Below the pieces are notes generated by a model. That model did no database searches and was not told the DNA's origin. It worked only from the letters and a program-made list of their open reading frames with translations. Positions 15,935 to 25,860 of a stretch of DNA of 32,000 nt are shown here, piece after piece; position 1 is the first letter of the stretch, and the number at the start of each line of letters is the position of its first letter. Source of the stretch: Psychrobacter cryohalolentis K5 (GTDB lineage Bacteria > Pseudomonadota > Gammaproteobacteria > Pseudomonadales > Moraxellaceae); NCBI RefSeq assembly GCF_000013905.1, contig NC_007969.1, positions 1,260,001 to 1,292,000 on the forward strand, read 5' to 3'. The position numbers and the translations under genes are program-made.

Positions 15935-16669
15935 ATGTGGGAGTTGGTAAAAGCGGGTGGTTGGCTGATGACACCTATTGTGTTGTGCTCTATTTTAGCA
16001 TTGGTGATTATTATTGAGCGTAGCCATACCTTACAGTTTAACAAGGTTGCCCCAAATAGATTGCGTGAGCAGCTGATTACTCGCCTCCGTGAAAATGGTG
16101 ACATTGGTCGTACGCAGCTAATGAATGTCAAAGAAAAGACTGCGTTAGGTGATATCCTAGCAACGGGTTTGCTCTATCGTCAATACGGCTTAGAGTCGAT
16201 GACGATGCATATGCAAAATCGTGCAAGCGTACAAGTCCATCAGTTAGAAAAAAATATCAATATGCTTGGTACTATCGGAGCGATTGCCCCTTTACTTGGC
16301 CTGTTAGGTACAGTACTGGGTATTATCTCATCGTTCTTAGCGATTACTGATGGTGCGATGCAAGACCCAACAATGCTTGCTGCAGGGGTGTCGCAAGCTC
16401 TGATTACGACTGCGGCTGGCATGATAGTTGCCATCCCAGCGTTGGTAGCCTATCGCTATTTTCAGCGCCGTATCATCGATATCAATGCGCAATTTGAAAC
16501 CCAAGCAGGATTGATGGTTCAAGAGTTATACGATTATCAACTGTTAGAAAACACCCATATTCCTAATACATCTAAGCAAGTTACTCATGCTGCAGTAGAT
16601 GATAGCATAAGAGATCAGCACTCAATTGACAGATTTGGTTTAGATGAAACGGCAACGGCTACTCTATAG
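15935..16669 (+). CDS. exbB: MotA/TolQ/ExbB-family proton channel
   Basis: 244 aa with three TM segments and family blocks IAPLLGLLGTVLGII and ALITTAAGMIVAIPALVAY. It is followed by an ExbD/TolR-type gene. No tonB or tolA gene is adjacent, so the exbB-versus-tolQ label is nominal. Confidence 0.8.
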   Translation: MWELVKAGGWLMTPIVLCSILALVIIIERSHTLQFNKVAPNRLREQLITRLRENGDIGRTQLMNVKEKTALGDILATGLLYRQYGLESMTMHMQNRASVQVHQLEKNINMLGTIGAIAPLLGLLGTVLGIISSFLAITDGAMQDPTMLAAGVSQALITTAAGMIVAIPALVAYRYFQRRIIDINAQFETQAGLMVQELYDYQLLENTHIPNTSKQVTHAAVDDSIRDQHSIDRFGLDETATATL

Positions 16670-16758
16670 TTGTGTTTTTAGCAGCTCCATCGTGGCATTG
16701 TGAAAACGCTATATTGGTCAGATTAGTATCGAATATCACGACTATTGAAGAGAGTGAC

Positions 16759-17190
16759 ATGCGCTTTAGAAAACCAACCGTTGAGCCGCTTGAAATTAAT
16801 CTGACCCCGATGATTGATTGTTTATTATTTTTAATCGTGTTTTTGCTACTAGCAACCTCGTTCAATCACTTTAGCCGCTTAAATATTATTTTGCCTGAAG
16901 CGGAAGGTGTGGCACTGACCGACGATAAAAACAGTATTGAGGTAGCCGTGCAAGAAGATGGCAGCTATTTGGTCAATGGTATTACCCTTGCCAGCAGCAA
17001 TGAAGCTGAACTCACCAGTATGTTGCAGCAAGAGGCGGGCAGTAATCGTGATATGCTATTTGTGATTGCCGCTGATGCCAATGCCACACATCAATCAGTG
17101 GTAAGAGTGATGGATATCGCTGGCAAATTGGGCTTTTTAAATATAAACATCAGTACCGTTGTACCACTTGGTCAAGCGTTACCGCAATAA
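16759..17190 (+). CDS. exbD: ExbD/TolR-family biopolymer transport protein
   Basis: From the ATG at 16759 (GAAGAGAG upstream) the protein begins MRFRKPTVEPLEINLTPMIDCLLFLIVFLL, the typical ExbD/TolR N-terminus and TM helix. The ORF-track start at 16672 adds 29 non-conserved residues. Confidence 0.8.
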   Translation: MRFRKPTVEPLEINLTPMIDCLLFLIVFLLLATSFNHFSRLNIILPEAEGVALTDDKNSIEVAVQEDGSYLVNGITLASSNEAELTSMLQQEAGSNRDMLFVIAADANATHQSVVRVMDIAGKLGFLNINISTVVPLGQALPQ

Positions 17191-17326
17191 ATCTGAATAA
17201 GCTTGGCTTATAGCGTGTTCTCAGTATTAAGCACCATCACTCTTTTTTATGGCTATATACATCATTGCAAGTTACTGCTTTATTAGTGCCATTCACTCTC
17301 GTTCTTATACCTATATTGAGGCTTTT

Positions 17327-19123
17327 ATGAGCCAAGCTTACCAACCTGACTCTACAAAAACTTCTGCTAAAACACCAGTAGCACCAACAGTGGCGACGTT
17401 AAATCCGCCTAAACGCAAGACGCTCATGCGTTTACTGGCTTATTTAAAACCATACTGGTGGGCAATATTGCTCACTATTATCGGTTTTGCTATTAATGCC
17501 GCCACCGAGATTTGGATTGCTAAACTCTTGCAATACATCACCGATGCTATCAATCAGAACGATCAAAGTAAGCAGGATTTATTTCCGTTTATTATTGTGA
17601 TGCTGTTCTTTGTGCGCGGTGTGGGTAGCTTTTTAGGTAATTACTATACGGCATTGGTGTCACGAAATTTGGTCTATGAGCTGCGCGTAGAGGTGTTTAA
17701 TAAGTTACTGCGTTTGCCAAGCTCATTCTATTTGGCCAATCCGGCAGGGACGATTTCGTCTAAGCTTATTTTTGATGTTGAGCAGGTGACCGCTGCCAGT
17801 ACCGACTCAATGAAAACGTTATTACGTGACGGTCTGACCGTGGTTGCCTTGATGGGCTTTTTGCTTTATAGCAACTGGCGTTTGACGCTGATTTTATTCG
17901 TTGTGCTGCCACCGATTCTATGGCTTATCCGGGTTGCCTCAAAGCGTTATTTGAAGCTTTCCAAAGGTATTCAAGAAACGATGGGTGATGTCAGTCATAT
18001 CACCAATGAAGTCATCAATGGTTATCAGGTGGTCAAGAATTATGGTGGACAAGTATACGAGTCTAAGCGCTTTGATGTGACGTCTAAGAAAAACCTACGC
18101 CAAGGCATGAAGGTTGTTGTGACCAATAGTATCAATACCCCAGCGGTACAGTTATTGATGGCAATGGCAATGGCAGTCGTGGTTTGGCTAGCGCTACGCC
18201 CTGCGGTGATAGACGATATCTCAGCAGGTCAGTTTATCTCTTATATCGCAGCAGCAGGTCTCTTAAGTAAGCCAGTACGCTCATTGACGGATGTCAATCA
18301 ACAGTTACAGAGAGGGCTTGCAGCTGGTGAATCGATATTTGCTTTATTAGATGAGCCGGAAGAAGCAGATACTGGTGTGCTTAGTCCTACCTTGGCAGGT
18401 GAGATTAAACTGGATAATGTCAGCTTGGTTTATCCAGACTCAACCGTGGCACTACACGACTTTAATTTGGATATACGTGCAGGCGAGACAGTAGCGCTCG
18501 TTGGACGTAGTGGCGCGGGTAAATCATCTTTAGTCAATTTACTCACACGTACATTAACCACTTCTTCAGGGCAGATTACGCTAGACGGTATGCCCATTGA
18601 AGACATTAAGCTTGAAAGCTTACGTGCCCAGATTGCGATGGTCAATCAGCAAGTGGTACTGTTTAATACCACTGTGTTTAATAATATTGCTTATGGCAGT
18701 TTGGCTCATAAAACTCCAGCTGAAGTTGAGCAAGCAGCAAAAGATGCTTTTGCTCATGATTTTATTATGCAAATGCCAAATGGCTATCAAAGTGAAATCG
18801 GTGCTGAAGGTTTACAACTCTCTGGCGGTCAGCGTCAGCGTCTATCGATTGCACGTGCTCTGCTAAAAGATGCGCCAATTTTGATATTGGATGAAGCTAC
18901 TAGTGCTTTAGATAATGAGTCAGAATATTATATACAAAAAGCGCTCGATAATATTATGAAGAATCGCACAACATTGGTTATTGCGCATCGATTGACTACA
19001 ATTGAGTCCGCCGACCGTATTGCTGTACTAGATGGTGGTCAGATTGTTGAGCTTGGTACCCATACTCAGCTGATGCAATTGCATGGTCATTATGCGCAGA
19101 TGTATGCGCGTGATTTTGAATAA
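17327..19123 (+). CDS. msbA: Lipid A export ABC transporter (permease/ATPase fusion)
   Basis: A six-TM domain is followed by an NBD with Walker A GRSGAGKSS, signature LSGGQRQR and Walker B ILILDEATSALD. It lies directly upstream of lpxK. The ATG at 17327 is preferred (GAGG 7 nt upstream) over the ORF-track start at 17249. Confidence 0.88.
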   Translation: MSQAYQPDSTKTSAKTPVAPTVATLNPPKRKTLMRLLAYLKPYWWAILLTIIGFAINAATEIWIAKLLQYITDAINQNDQSKQDLFPFIIVMLFFVRGVGSFLGNYYTALVSRNLVYELRVEVFNKLLRLPSSFYLANPAGTISSKLIFDVEQVTAASTDSMKTLLRDGLTVVALMGFLLYSNWRLTLILFVVLPPILWLIRVASKRYLKLSKGIQETMGDVSHITNEVINGYQVVKNYGGQVYESKRFDVTSKKNLRQGMKVVVTNSINTPAVQLLMAMAMAVVVWLALRPAVIDDISAGQFISYIAAAGLLSKPVRSLTDVNQQLQRGLAAGESIFALLDEPEEADTGVLSPTLAGEIKLDNVSLVYPDSTVALHDFNLDIRAGETVALVGRSGAGKSSLVNLLTRTLTTSSGQITLDGMPIEDIKLESLRAQIAMVNQQVVLFNTTVFNNIAYGSLAHKTPAEVEQAAKDAFAHDFIMQMPNGYQSEIGAEGLQLSGGQRQRLSIARALLKDAPILILDEATSALDNESEYYIQKALDNIMKNRTTLVIAHRLTTIESADRIAVLDGGQIVELGTHTQLMQLHGHYAQMYARDFE

Positions 19124-19125
19124 TT

Positions 19126-20244
19126 ATGAATATTGAAACGATAATAACACGTGCATGGCAACGCAAAGCAGCTTGGCTTTGGCTACTGTTGCCAGTGAGT
19201 TGGCTGTATGCACTGTTAATGGTACTGCGCCGCCAAGCTTATAAAGTAGGTATTCTTGCCAGTTACCGTGCGCCTATTCCAGTTATGGTGATTGGTAATA
19301 TCACGGTGGGTGGTAGCGGAAAGACACCATTAATTATTGCTTTGGTTCGACATTTGCAGCAGCAAGGCATTAAAGTAGGGGTTATCAGTCGCGGTTATGG
19401 CGGTGATAGTAGCCAGATGCCAGCATTGGTTACTACAGAGAGCCCCCCTAATGTGGTCGGTGATGAGCCATGTCTCATTGTTAATACGACAGGGACAGCC
19501 ATGGCCGTATCTCCTAACCGTCAGCAAGCGATTGCTATTTTGCTAGAGGCTTATCCAGATCTACAGCTTATTATAGCTGATGATGGTTTGCAGCACTATG
19601 CGCTGCAACGTGATATTGAATGGGTTGTGGTAGATGCGGCGCGAGGGTTTGGGAATAAACAGTTGCTACCGACAGGATTTTTACGCGAACCCATATCACG
19701 CCTAAAGGATGCAAATGTCATTTATCATCACAAGCCAGACGCATCATCGATATACAATAAATCTGATCATAATACCCTTCTAACTGAGCATTTAACGATG
19801 CATTTACAACCAGATGATTTAGAACTGTTGTGGTCATCTAATAATCAGATAGATAATTTAGCCGTAGTAGCCATGGCACCTGAGAAAGGCAGTCAGGTAC
19901 ATGCGGTGAGCGGTATTGGGTATCCTCAGCGTTTTTTTGATACTTTAAATGCGCTTGGTTTTGAAGTTATTCCGCATCCTTATCCTGACCATTATGATTT
20001 TAGTCTGGATGAACTGTTGCAGTATGCTGACCATCCTATTATCGTGACCAGTAAAGATGCCGTGAAAATAAGAGCTTTGATAATGCAAGCCATTATTAAT
20101 CAAGCGCTGAGTGATGAGTATAAAGAGCTGGTCAGCAGATTATGGGTATTGCCAGTGACGGCAGTATTGTCAGACAGTTGTTACGAGAGTTTACAACAGC
20201 AATTGCAAACCTTGGACATCGATATAAGCATGAGAAAGCAATAA
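19126..20244 (+). CDS. lpxK: Tetraacyldisaccharide 4'-kinase
   Basis: P-loop VIGNITVGGSGKTPL, then ISRGYGG and EPCL blocks as in E. coli LpxK. The start is 2 bp after the msbA stop, which suggests translational coupling. At 372 aa it is longer than the E. coli protein. Confidence 0.9.
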   Translation: MNIETIITRAWQRKAAWLWLLLPVSWLYALLMVLRRQAYKVGILASYRAPIPVMVIGNITVGGSGKTPLIIALVRHLQQQGIKVGVISRGYGGDSSQMPALVTTESPPNVVGDEPCLIVNTTGTAMAVSPNRQQAIAILLEAYPDLQLIIADDGLQHYALQRDIEWVVVDAARGFGNKQLLPTGFLREPISRLKDANVIYHHKPDASSIYNKSDHNTLLTEHLTMHLQPDDLELLWSSNNQIDNLAVVAMAPEKGSQVHAVSGIGYPQRFFDTLNALGFEVIPHPYPDHYDFSLDELLQYADHPIIVTSKDAVKIRALIMQAIINQALSDEYKELVSRLWVLPVTAVLSDSCYESLQQQLQTLDIDISMRKQ

Positions 20245-20292
20245 TATAGCGTTTATCATATAAAGATTTAAAAGGTTTTATAGGAACAGATT

Positions 20293-21099
20293 ATGTCATC
20301 AGCCCTTATGCCCGTCAAAACTCATATCGTCATTCCTGCACGTTTAAAAAGTACGCGTTTACCTAACAAGCCATTATTAACCATTCATGGCAAGCCTATG
20401 ATACTTTGGGTGGCTGAAAAAGCACGATTGGCGGATTTTGCCGATGATATGTGTATTGCAACCGATGATGAATCGATTGCAAAAATTTGTCTAGATGCAG
20501 GTTTTGATGTGGTGATGACAAGCAGTGAACATGCTTCAGGCACGGACCGTTTGGCTGAAGTGGCTGCCATCAAAGGCTGGGCTGCCCATGATATAGTGGT
20601 TAATATGCAAGGTGACGAACCACTAGTGCCGCCATTGTTGTTAGAGCAAGTTAAAACATTATTGGTACAAGATGCAGAGAGCGTCATGGCAACTTTATGT
20701 GAGCCAATCGAGGACTATGATACTTTTATGCGCCCATCCGTCGTTAAAGTGGTCAGTCAGACGTCCAATGATCAACAACGGGCGCTTTATTTTAGTCGCG
20801 CGCCGATTCCTTGTAATCGTGATGTGGTATTAACCAGTGAGAATAGTAAACAGCCGCCAAAAAATGCCTATCGTCATCTAGGCTTATATGCTTATCGCGT
20901 CAGTTTGCTACAGCAATTTGTCCACTGCTCACAAACGCCGCTTGAAATACTGGAAAGCTTAGAGCAATTACGTGTGTTGGAAAATGGTGGACATATCGCC
21001 ATTGCTAAAGCCGCCTGCTCATTACCTGCAGGTGTCGATACGCAAGAAGATTTGGATCGTTTAAATGCCATGAGTTTGACAGATTTCCAAGATTATTAA
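20293..21099 (+). CDS. kdsB: 3-deoxy-manno-octulosonate cytidylyltransferase (CMP-KDO synthetase)
   Basis: [28 protein letters not shown] and VNMQGDEPL are collinear with E. coli KdsB. It follows lpxK. Confidence 0.93.
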   Translation: MSSALMPVKTHIVIPARLKSTRLPNKPLLTIHGKPMILWVAEKARLADFADDMCIATDDESIAKICLDAGFDVVMTSSEHASGTDRLAEVAAIKGWAAHDIVVNMQGDEPLVPPLLLEQVKTLLVQDAESVMATLCEPIEDYDTFMRPSVVKVVSQTSNDQQRALYFSRAPIPCNRDVVLTSENSKQPPKNAYRHLGLYAYRVSLLQQFVHCSQTPLEILESLEQLRVLENGGHIAIAKAACSLPAGVDTQEDLDRLNAMSLTDFQDY

Positions 21100-21232
21100 T
21101 GCGGAATAGCCTAAGCAATAAAAATACAGTTTCTATTGAAATAGTTTTAATTAAATTTTATAGCATTATTTTTATTCCAAATTACTCTTAGAAATTATGC
21201 TCTAACACAGATTTTTAATTGAGAAATATTAA

Positions 21233-22360
21233 GTGAGTGCCATGAGTGAGCTGACAAATATGACAGATGATATGTATTTTGCGCCACTATTGCCATGGCA
21301 ACACGAACTTTGGTCGCAGCTGACAATGCGGGTACTAGCGCCGCAGCAATCTCTACCTCATGCGCTGTTAGCAGCTGGTATGCAAGGCATGGGCAAGCGC
21401 GCTTTTGTATGGCGATTGGTGGCATGGTTATTATGCCGCGCGCGTGATGAGCATCCACTCGGCGCTTGCGGTCATTGTGAGAGCTGTCAATGGCTTAGAT
21501 CAGGTACGCATCCAAGCTTACAAGTGCTACCGCTAGTCAGCCTGCCAGTCAATGCTGATAGCAGCGCTCAAAAAGAAGCGTTAGCTAATAGTACAAAAGA
21601 TAAAAAATCTGCTAAGACAGCGAGTAACGCGTCATTAAAAATAAAGGTGGATGATATTCGTGCCTTGCAGCCTTTTATTTATCAAGGCGGGCAGGGAATG
21701 CGTATTTGTGTATTAGATCATGCTGAGAAAATGACCATTGCCGCCGCCAATGCGCTACTTAAAACCTTGGAAGAACCCCAAGCCCAAGTCCATTTATTTC
21801 TGATTAGTGATGCCCCTGCGCAGCTGCTCCCAACGATTAAAAGCCGCGTTCAGCAATTGGCATTACAGACGATTGACCCTGCTGTCGCAGTGGACTATGT
21901 GACTAAAGCATTGGGCAGCAATGTCCATCGTGAAGCAGTTGGTACAGATGCCATTGAGCAGCTTATCCAGTTAGCAAATGGTGCGCCTTTAGCAGCTGTG
22001 GCACTGGCTCAGGCACCGTGGTATAGCAAGCGCGCGCTATGGCTGACAACATGGCAGGCATTACGTAGCGGTAAGCGCAGTAGCGTGGCGGCAAGTGATT
22101 ATTGGCAAACCCAGCTTGGTATTGTCGAATTTATCCAGCTGTCTGAACTCATGATAATCGATATCCGCCGTGTTGGTTTGGGCTTTGAAGCGCAGCAAAA
22201 AGACATTAATTTTTTAATTAATTTAAATGATTATCAACCTATTGATAGTGGGTTAGAGGTGTTTGCGCATAGCTTACAACAGACAAAAATTGCGCTGCAA
22301 CAAAACGTGCAAGAAAAATTCGTCTATGATAAGCTGATGCAAGATTTGGCTTGCTTGTAA
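21233..22360 (+). CDS. holB: DNA polymerase III delta-prime subunit
   Basis: Present are PWQHELW, a GMGKRAF P-loop-like segment, the zinc module CGHCESCQW..GTHP, ANALLKTLEEP and PTIKSRVQ (SRC-like). The start is uncertain (GTG 21233 or ATG 21242). It carries a Lys/Ser-rich insert, NADSSAQKEALANSTKDKKSAKTASN. Confidence 0.88.
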   Translation: MSAMSELTNMTDDMYFAPLLPWQHELWSQLTMRVLAPQQSLPHALLAAGMQGMGKRAFVWRLVAWLLCRARDEHPLGACGHCESCQWLRSGTHPSLQVLPLVSLPVNADSSAQKEALANSTKDKKSAKTASNASLKIKVDDIRALQPFIYQGGQGMRICVLDHAEKMTIAAANALLKTLEEPQAQVHLFLISDAPAQLLPTIKSRVQQLALQTIDPAVAVDYVTKALGSNVHREAVGTDAIEQLIQLANGAPLAAVALAQAPWYSKRALWLTTWQALRSGKRSSVAASDYWQTQLGIVEFIQLSELMIIDIRRVGLGFEAQQKDINFLINLNDYQPIDSGLEVFAHSLQQTKIALQQNVQEKFVYDKLMQDLACL

Positions 22361-22497
22361 TAGACAACAAAGCCTAAAGATGCTTTCGCATATCAGTGCA
22401 TGCCACTAACTTATTATCAGTATGTATACTCTAATACTATACAAGATAACCCTGTGTGAAAAAATACTGTAAACCTCATGGATAAAGGAAGCTGAAT

Positions 22498-22845
22498 ATG
22501 GCAATGCCAGGACGTGGTGGGATTTTAACCTGTCATATTGAAAACATAGATATGCTATATGCAAGCTATCTGTCCTTTGTTACCAATGGGGCATTGTTCG
22601 TGCCGTCTGATCGAGCGCAAAAACTGGGTGACGAAGTTTTTATTGCTGTTACTTTGCCCAATTCTAGCGAGCGTTTGCCTATGAATGGCAAGGTAGTTTG
22701 GATTAATTCTAAAGCTCAAAGTGGTCGACCAGTAGGTTTTGCAGTCCAAATGGGCACGGACATTACGGGATTAAGAATAAAGAACGAAGTTGAGCGTCTA
22801 TTGGCAGGTAAGATCGACAGTTTGCAGGCTACTTATACTATGTAG
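22498..22845 (+). CDS. pilZ: Type IV pilus assembly PilZ-domain protein
   Basis: 115 aa. GGILTCHIENIDMLYASYLSFVTNGALFVP resembles the Pseudomonas PilZ N-terminus as I recall it, and the holB-pilZ adjacency matches Pseudomonas synteny. An AAGGAAG Shine-Dalgarno lies upstream. Confidence 0.8.
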   Translation: MAMPGRGGILTCHIENIDMLYASYLSFVTNGALFVPSDRAQKLGDEVFIAVTLPNSSERLPMNGKVVWINSKAQSGRPVGFAVQMGTDITGLRIKNEVERLLAGKIDSLQATYTM

Positions 22846-22882
22846 TTTTAATATTTATCAGCAATCATAATAACTATATAAA

Positions 22883-22914
22883 AGAAGCCTTATAACTCTT
22901 TATAAGGCTTCTTT
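22883..22914. terminator. Bidirectional terminator between pilZ (+) and ppk2 (-)
   Basis: AGAAGCCTTATAA-ctct-TTATAAGGCTTCT, a 13-bp perfect stem flanked by A/T runs. Confidence 0.8.
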
Positions 22915-22951
22915 ATGAGCAATATTTTTTAGACAGTGTGAATGCTAATAA

Positions 22952-23965
22952 TTAGTAGCGCGGCGGCACATACATATCATCAGGAATAGGCTCGCGATAA
23001 TATTCATCATCACGCTTACGATCAGGTAGCTCCACCTCATCGCGTGGCACTTCTTTATAAGGAATTTGCTCAAGTAAATGGGCAATACAATTGAGCCTTG
23101 CACGTTTTTTATTATTGCCCTCAACCACCCACCAAGGCGCTTCAGGAATGTGCGTACGCTCAAACATCGTCTCTTTTGCTTTTGTATAATCTTCCCAGCG
23201 TCGCCGTGACTGCAAATCCATCGCTGACAGCTTCCATTGTTTCAGTGGGTCATGAATCCGGCTCATAAATCGAGAATGCTGTTCATCATCAGTAATTGAA
23301 AACCAATATTTTACCAAACGTATGCCCGAACGTACCAGCATACGCTCAAACTCTGGTACTGATTGAAAAAACTCTTCGTACTGCGCATCCGTACAAAACC
23401 CCATAACACGCTCGACGCCCACGCGGTTATACCAGCTACGATCGAATAAGACAATCTCGCCTGCAGCAGGTAAATGCGCCACATAACGCTGAAAATACCA
23501 CTGTGATTGTTCACGTTCAGTAGGTGCAGGTAGCGCAGCCACTCGACAAACACGGGGGTTTAATCGTTGGGTGATACGTTTAATCGCCCCACCTTTACCC
23601 GCAGAATCACGCCCTTCAAATATCACCACAATGCGCTCACCGCGATCAACGACCCAATCTTGCAGTTTAATCAGCTCACGTTGTAAACGTACCAGCTCTT
23701 GAAAGTAGGTACGCCGATCTAACCGCTCTTGCTCACTCATCTCGCGACCATCAAACCGGAAATCGCGTACATAATCGTCTATTTCATTCTCAAGCTCTTC
23801 ATCATAACTGTCAATTAAGTCTTGATGCATCTTGCGTTTTAACTCATCGTTCAAAAGATCTTTATCCATACGCTCTATGAATGTCACTTGCTCAGGTGTA
23901 GTTAATTTACTGCGTTCTTGCTCGGTTAAAGATGTCGGGTCAATTATTAAGGGTTTTTTACCCAT
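22952..23965 (-). CDS. ppk2: Polyphosphate kinase 2 (PPK2 family)
   Basis: 337 aa. It has Walker A FEGRDSAGKGGAIK, the FDRSWYNR block and the RMLVRSGIRLVKYWF..S lid region typical of single-domain PPK2. It has an ~80-aa charged N-terminal extension. Confidence 0.88.
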   Translation of the reverse strand: MGKKPLIIDPTSLTEQERSKLTTPEQVTFIERMDKDLLNDELKRKMHQDLIDSYDEELENEIDDYVRDFRFDGREMSEQERLDRRTYFQELVRLQRELIKLQDWVVDRGERIVVIFEGRDSAGKGGAIKRITQRLNPRVCRVAALPAPTEREQSQWYFQRYVAHLPAAGEIVLFDRSWYNRVGVERVMGFCTDAQYEEFFQSVPEFERMLVRSGIRLVKYWFSITDDEQHSRFMSRIHDPLKQWKLSAMDLQSRRRWEDYTKAKETMFERTHIPEAPWWVVEGNNKKRARLNCIAHLLEQIPYKEVPRDEVELPDRKRDDEYYREPIPDDMYVPPRY

Positions 23966-24170
23966 GATGCGCTCCTGATAAATATTTTTATTATGCTGTT
24001 ACTATCTTATAGCCCGTTGAATCCAAAAGTACGTCGATATAAGTGTCGTTTTTACAAATATCTTTATTCTGTTTTATACCCATCTTTACTTTAGCATAGC
24101 CCGCTCAATTCTATGAGTAGAGTAAGCTTCATTATTGTGTTAATAAAGTAGCCAATATTTATTTAGATAA

Positions 24171-24208
24171 AAAAATACCCTCTAATCAATAGATTAAAGG
24201 GTATTTTT
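24171..24208. terminator. Terminator downstream of the thiolase gene (minus strand)
   Basis: AAAAATACCCT-(16-nt loop)-AGGGTATTTTT, an 8-bp perfect stem with flanking A- and T-runs. It lies 39 bp beyond the thiolase stop. Confidence 0.7.
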
Positions 24209-24246
24209 AAAACTGCATCAGTCTTACACGTTGTATTTACATATCA

Positions 24247-25860
24247 CTATTTTTCTAAGATACAGGTCACACCTTGACCGCCAGCGGCGCAAATAGAGAT
24301 AAGCGCACGACCTGAGCCTTTTTGATCTAATAGTTTGGCAGCAGTGGCTAGGATACGACCACCGGTTGCAGCAAATGGATGACCTGCAGCAAGTGATGAG
24401 CCGTTGACGTTTAGCTTACTACGATCGATAGAGCCTAGTGGCGCGTCAAGACCTAGACGCTCTTCACAGAACTTCTCGTCTTCCCATGCAGCAAGCGTTG
24501 ATAATACTTGTGAAGCAAAAGCTTCATGGATTTCATAAAAATCGAAATCTTGTAGCGTCAAACCAGCACGCTCAAGCATACGCGGTACGGCATAGGCCGG
24601 TGCCATGAGCAAGCCTTCTGTATCACCAGATTTACCGATGAAATCAACAGCCGCTGTTTCTTGATGGACGATATAAGCCAATGGTTTTAGACCATGTGCT
24701 GCCGCCCACTCATCAGTACCCAATAGGATACAAGATGCACCATCAGTCAATGGGGTAGAGTTAGCAGCAGTCATGGTTGGCTTGGCATTCTTTTTACCAA
24801 AAACAGGCTTGAGCTTAGCTAGCTTCTCTAAAGTGGTATCTGGACGCAAGTTGTTATCGCGGGTCAGACCTTTATATGGGGTAATTAAATCATCAAAGAA
24901 ACCTTCGTCATAAGCGCGTGCTAGGTTTTGATGACTATTGAAGGCAAGCTCATCTTGCGCTTCACGGCTGATGTTCCATTCTAGCGTAGTGATCGCTTGA
25001 TGGTCGCCCATGGATAAACCAGTACGTGGCTCACCATTTTGCGGCGTATCAAGTAAATCTTTCGGGTTTAGACCCATCAATGCTTTTAGGCGTTGTTTAT
25101 TGTCTTTAGCTGCGCCCAATTTAATCAATACTTTACGTAAGCCATCGCCGACTGCGATAGGCGCATCAGAAGTAGTATCAACACCGCCAGTAATAGCTGA
25201 ATCGATGATACCAAGCGCGATTTTATTGGCAGAAGCAAACGTCGCTTGCAAGCCAGTACCACAAGCTTGAGAGATATCATACGTTGGGGTATGTGGGTTA
25301 AGTGCAGTATTTAATGTCGCTTCACGAGTCAGGTTGATATCGCGACTCAGTTTCATAACTGCACCAGCAACGACTTCACCGATTTTTTCATCTTGTAAGT
25401 TAAAACGCTCGACCAAACCATCTAACGCAGCAGTGAGCATATCCGTGTTGCTAACATCAGCATATGAGCCGTTTGAGCGAGCAAATGGGATACGGTTGCC
25501 ACCTAGGATAGCCACACGGTTCTGACCTGAGCTAAGCTTAGTCGTACTTGCTTTTTTAGCCACAGTATTTGTTTTCTTAGCAGGAGTCGCGTCAGCCTTT
25601 TTAGATGCTTCTTTTTTATCACTGTTACTTTTTGCCGCACTTTCTTTAGCTGCGTTATCCTCTTTCGTAGCAGTGGTTTTACTATCTTTTGCTACGGTGT
25701 CTTTTTTAGCGCTATCAGCTTTTGGTTCTGCTTTGGCATCTGTTTTTTTAGCATCAGTGGTGTCTGATTTTACAGCAGTATCGGTGCTCTTAGCATCACT
25801 GGCTTTTACCACGGTGGTCTCAACTATAGGACTATCTGGATGATTGTTTTTGTTACTCAT
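24247..25860 (-). CDS. Acetyl-CoA C-acyltransferase (thiolase, FadA2-like) with ~110-aa Ala/Lys/Asp-rich N-terminal extension
   Basis: The thiolase core starts at RVAILGGNRIPFARS. It has the acyl-Cys in ISQACGTGLQA, His in GHPFAATGGR and the base Cys in ICAAGGQG. The N-terminal 110 aa are low-complexity (DAKKTDAKAEPKADSAKKDTVAKDSK...). Confidence 0.9.
   Translation of the reverse strand: MSNKNNHPDSPIVETTVVKASDAKSTDTAVKSDTTDAKKTDAKAEPKADSAKKDTVAKDSKTTATKEDNAAKESAAKSNSDKKEASKKADATPAKKTNTVAKKASTTKLSSGQNRVAILGGNRIPFARSNGSYADVSNTDMLTAALDGLVERFNLQDEKIGEVVAGAVMKLSRDINLTREATLNTALNPHTPTYDISQACGTGLQATFASANKIALGIIDSAITGGVDTTSDAPIAVGDGLRKVLIKLGAAKDNKQRLKALMGLNPKDLLDTPQNGEPRTGLSMGDHQAITTLEWNISREAQDELAFNSHQNLARAYDEGFFDDLITPYKGLTRDNNLRPDTTLEKLAKLKPVFGKKNAKPTMTAANSTPLTDGASCILLGTDEWAAAHGLKPLAYIVHQETAAVDFIGKSGDTEGLLMAPAYAVPRMLERAGLTLQDFDFYEIHEAFASQVLSTLAAWEDEKFCEERLGLDAPLGSIDRSKLNVNGSSLAAGHPFAATGGRILATAAKLLDQKGSGRALISICAAGGQGVTCILEK

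Noticed and set aside
16672-16758. The ORF-track start for ExbD at 16672, which gives a 29-aa N-terminal extension beginning 3 bp after the exbB stop.
   Set aside because: The extension (MFLAAPSWHCENAILVRL...) is not ExbD/TolR-like. The internal ATG at 16759 has a purine-rich Shine-Dalgarno and yields the canonical short cytoplasmic N-terminus plus TM helix.
17249-17326. The ORF-track start for MsbA at 17249.
   Set aside because: The first 26 residues (MAIYIIASYCFISAIHSRSYTYIEAF) have no counterpart in MsbA. The ATG at 17327 is preceded by GAGG at good spacing.
22952-23965. A functional link between PPK2 (polyphosphate) and the poly-lysine-tailed Lon-like protease, since E. coli Lon is polyP-regulated.
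   Set aside because: The genes are more than 10 kb apart and separated by eleven housekeeping genes. ppk2 is a monocistronic unit between two terminators. There is nothing in the sequence beyond the general analogy.
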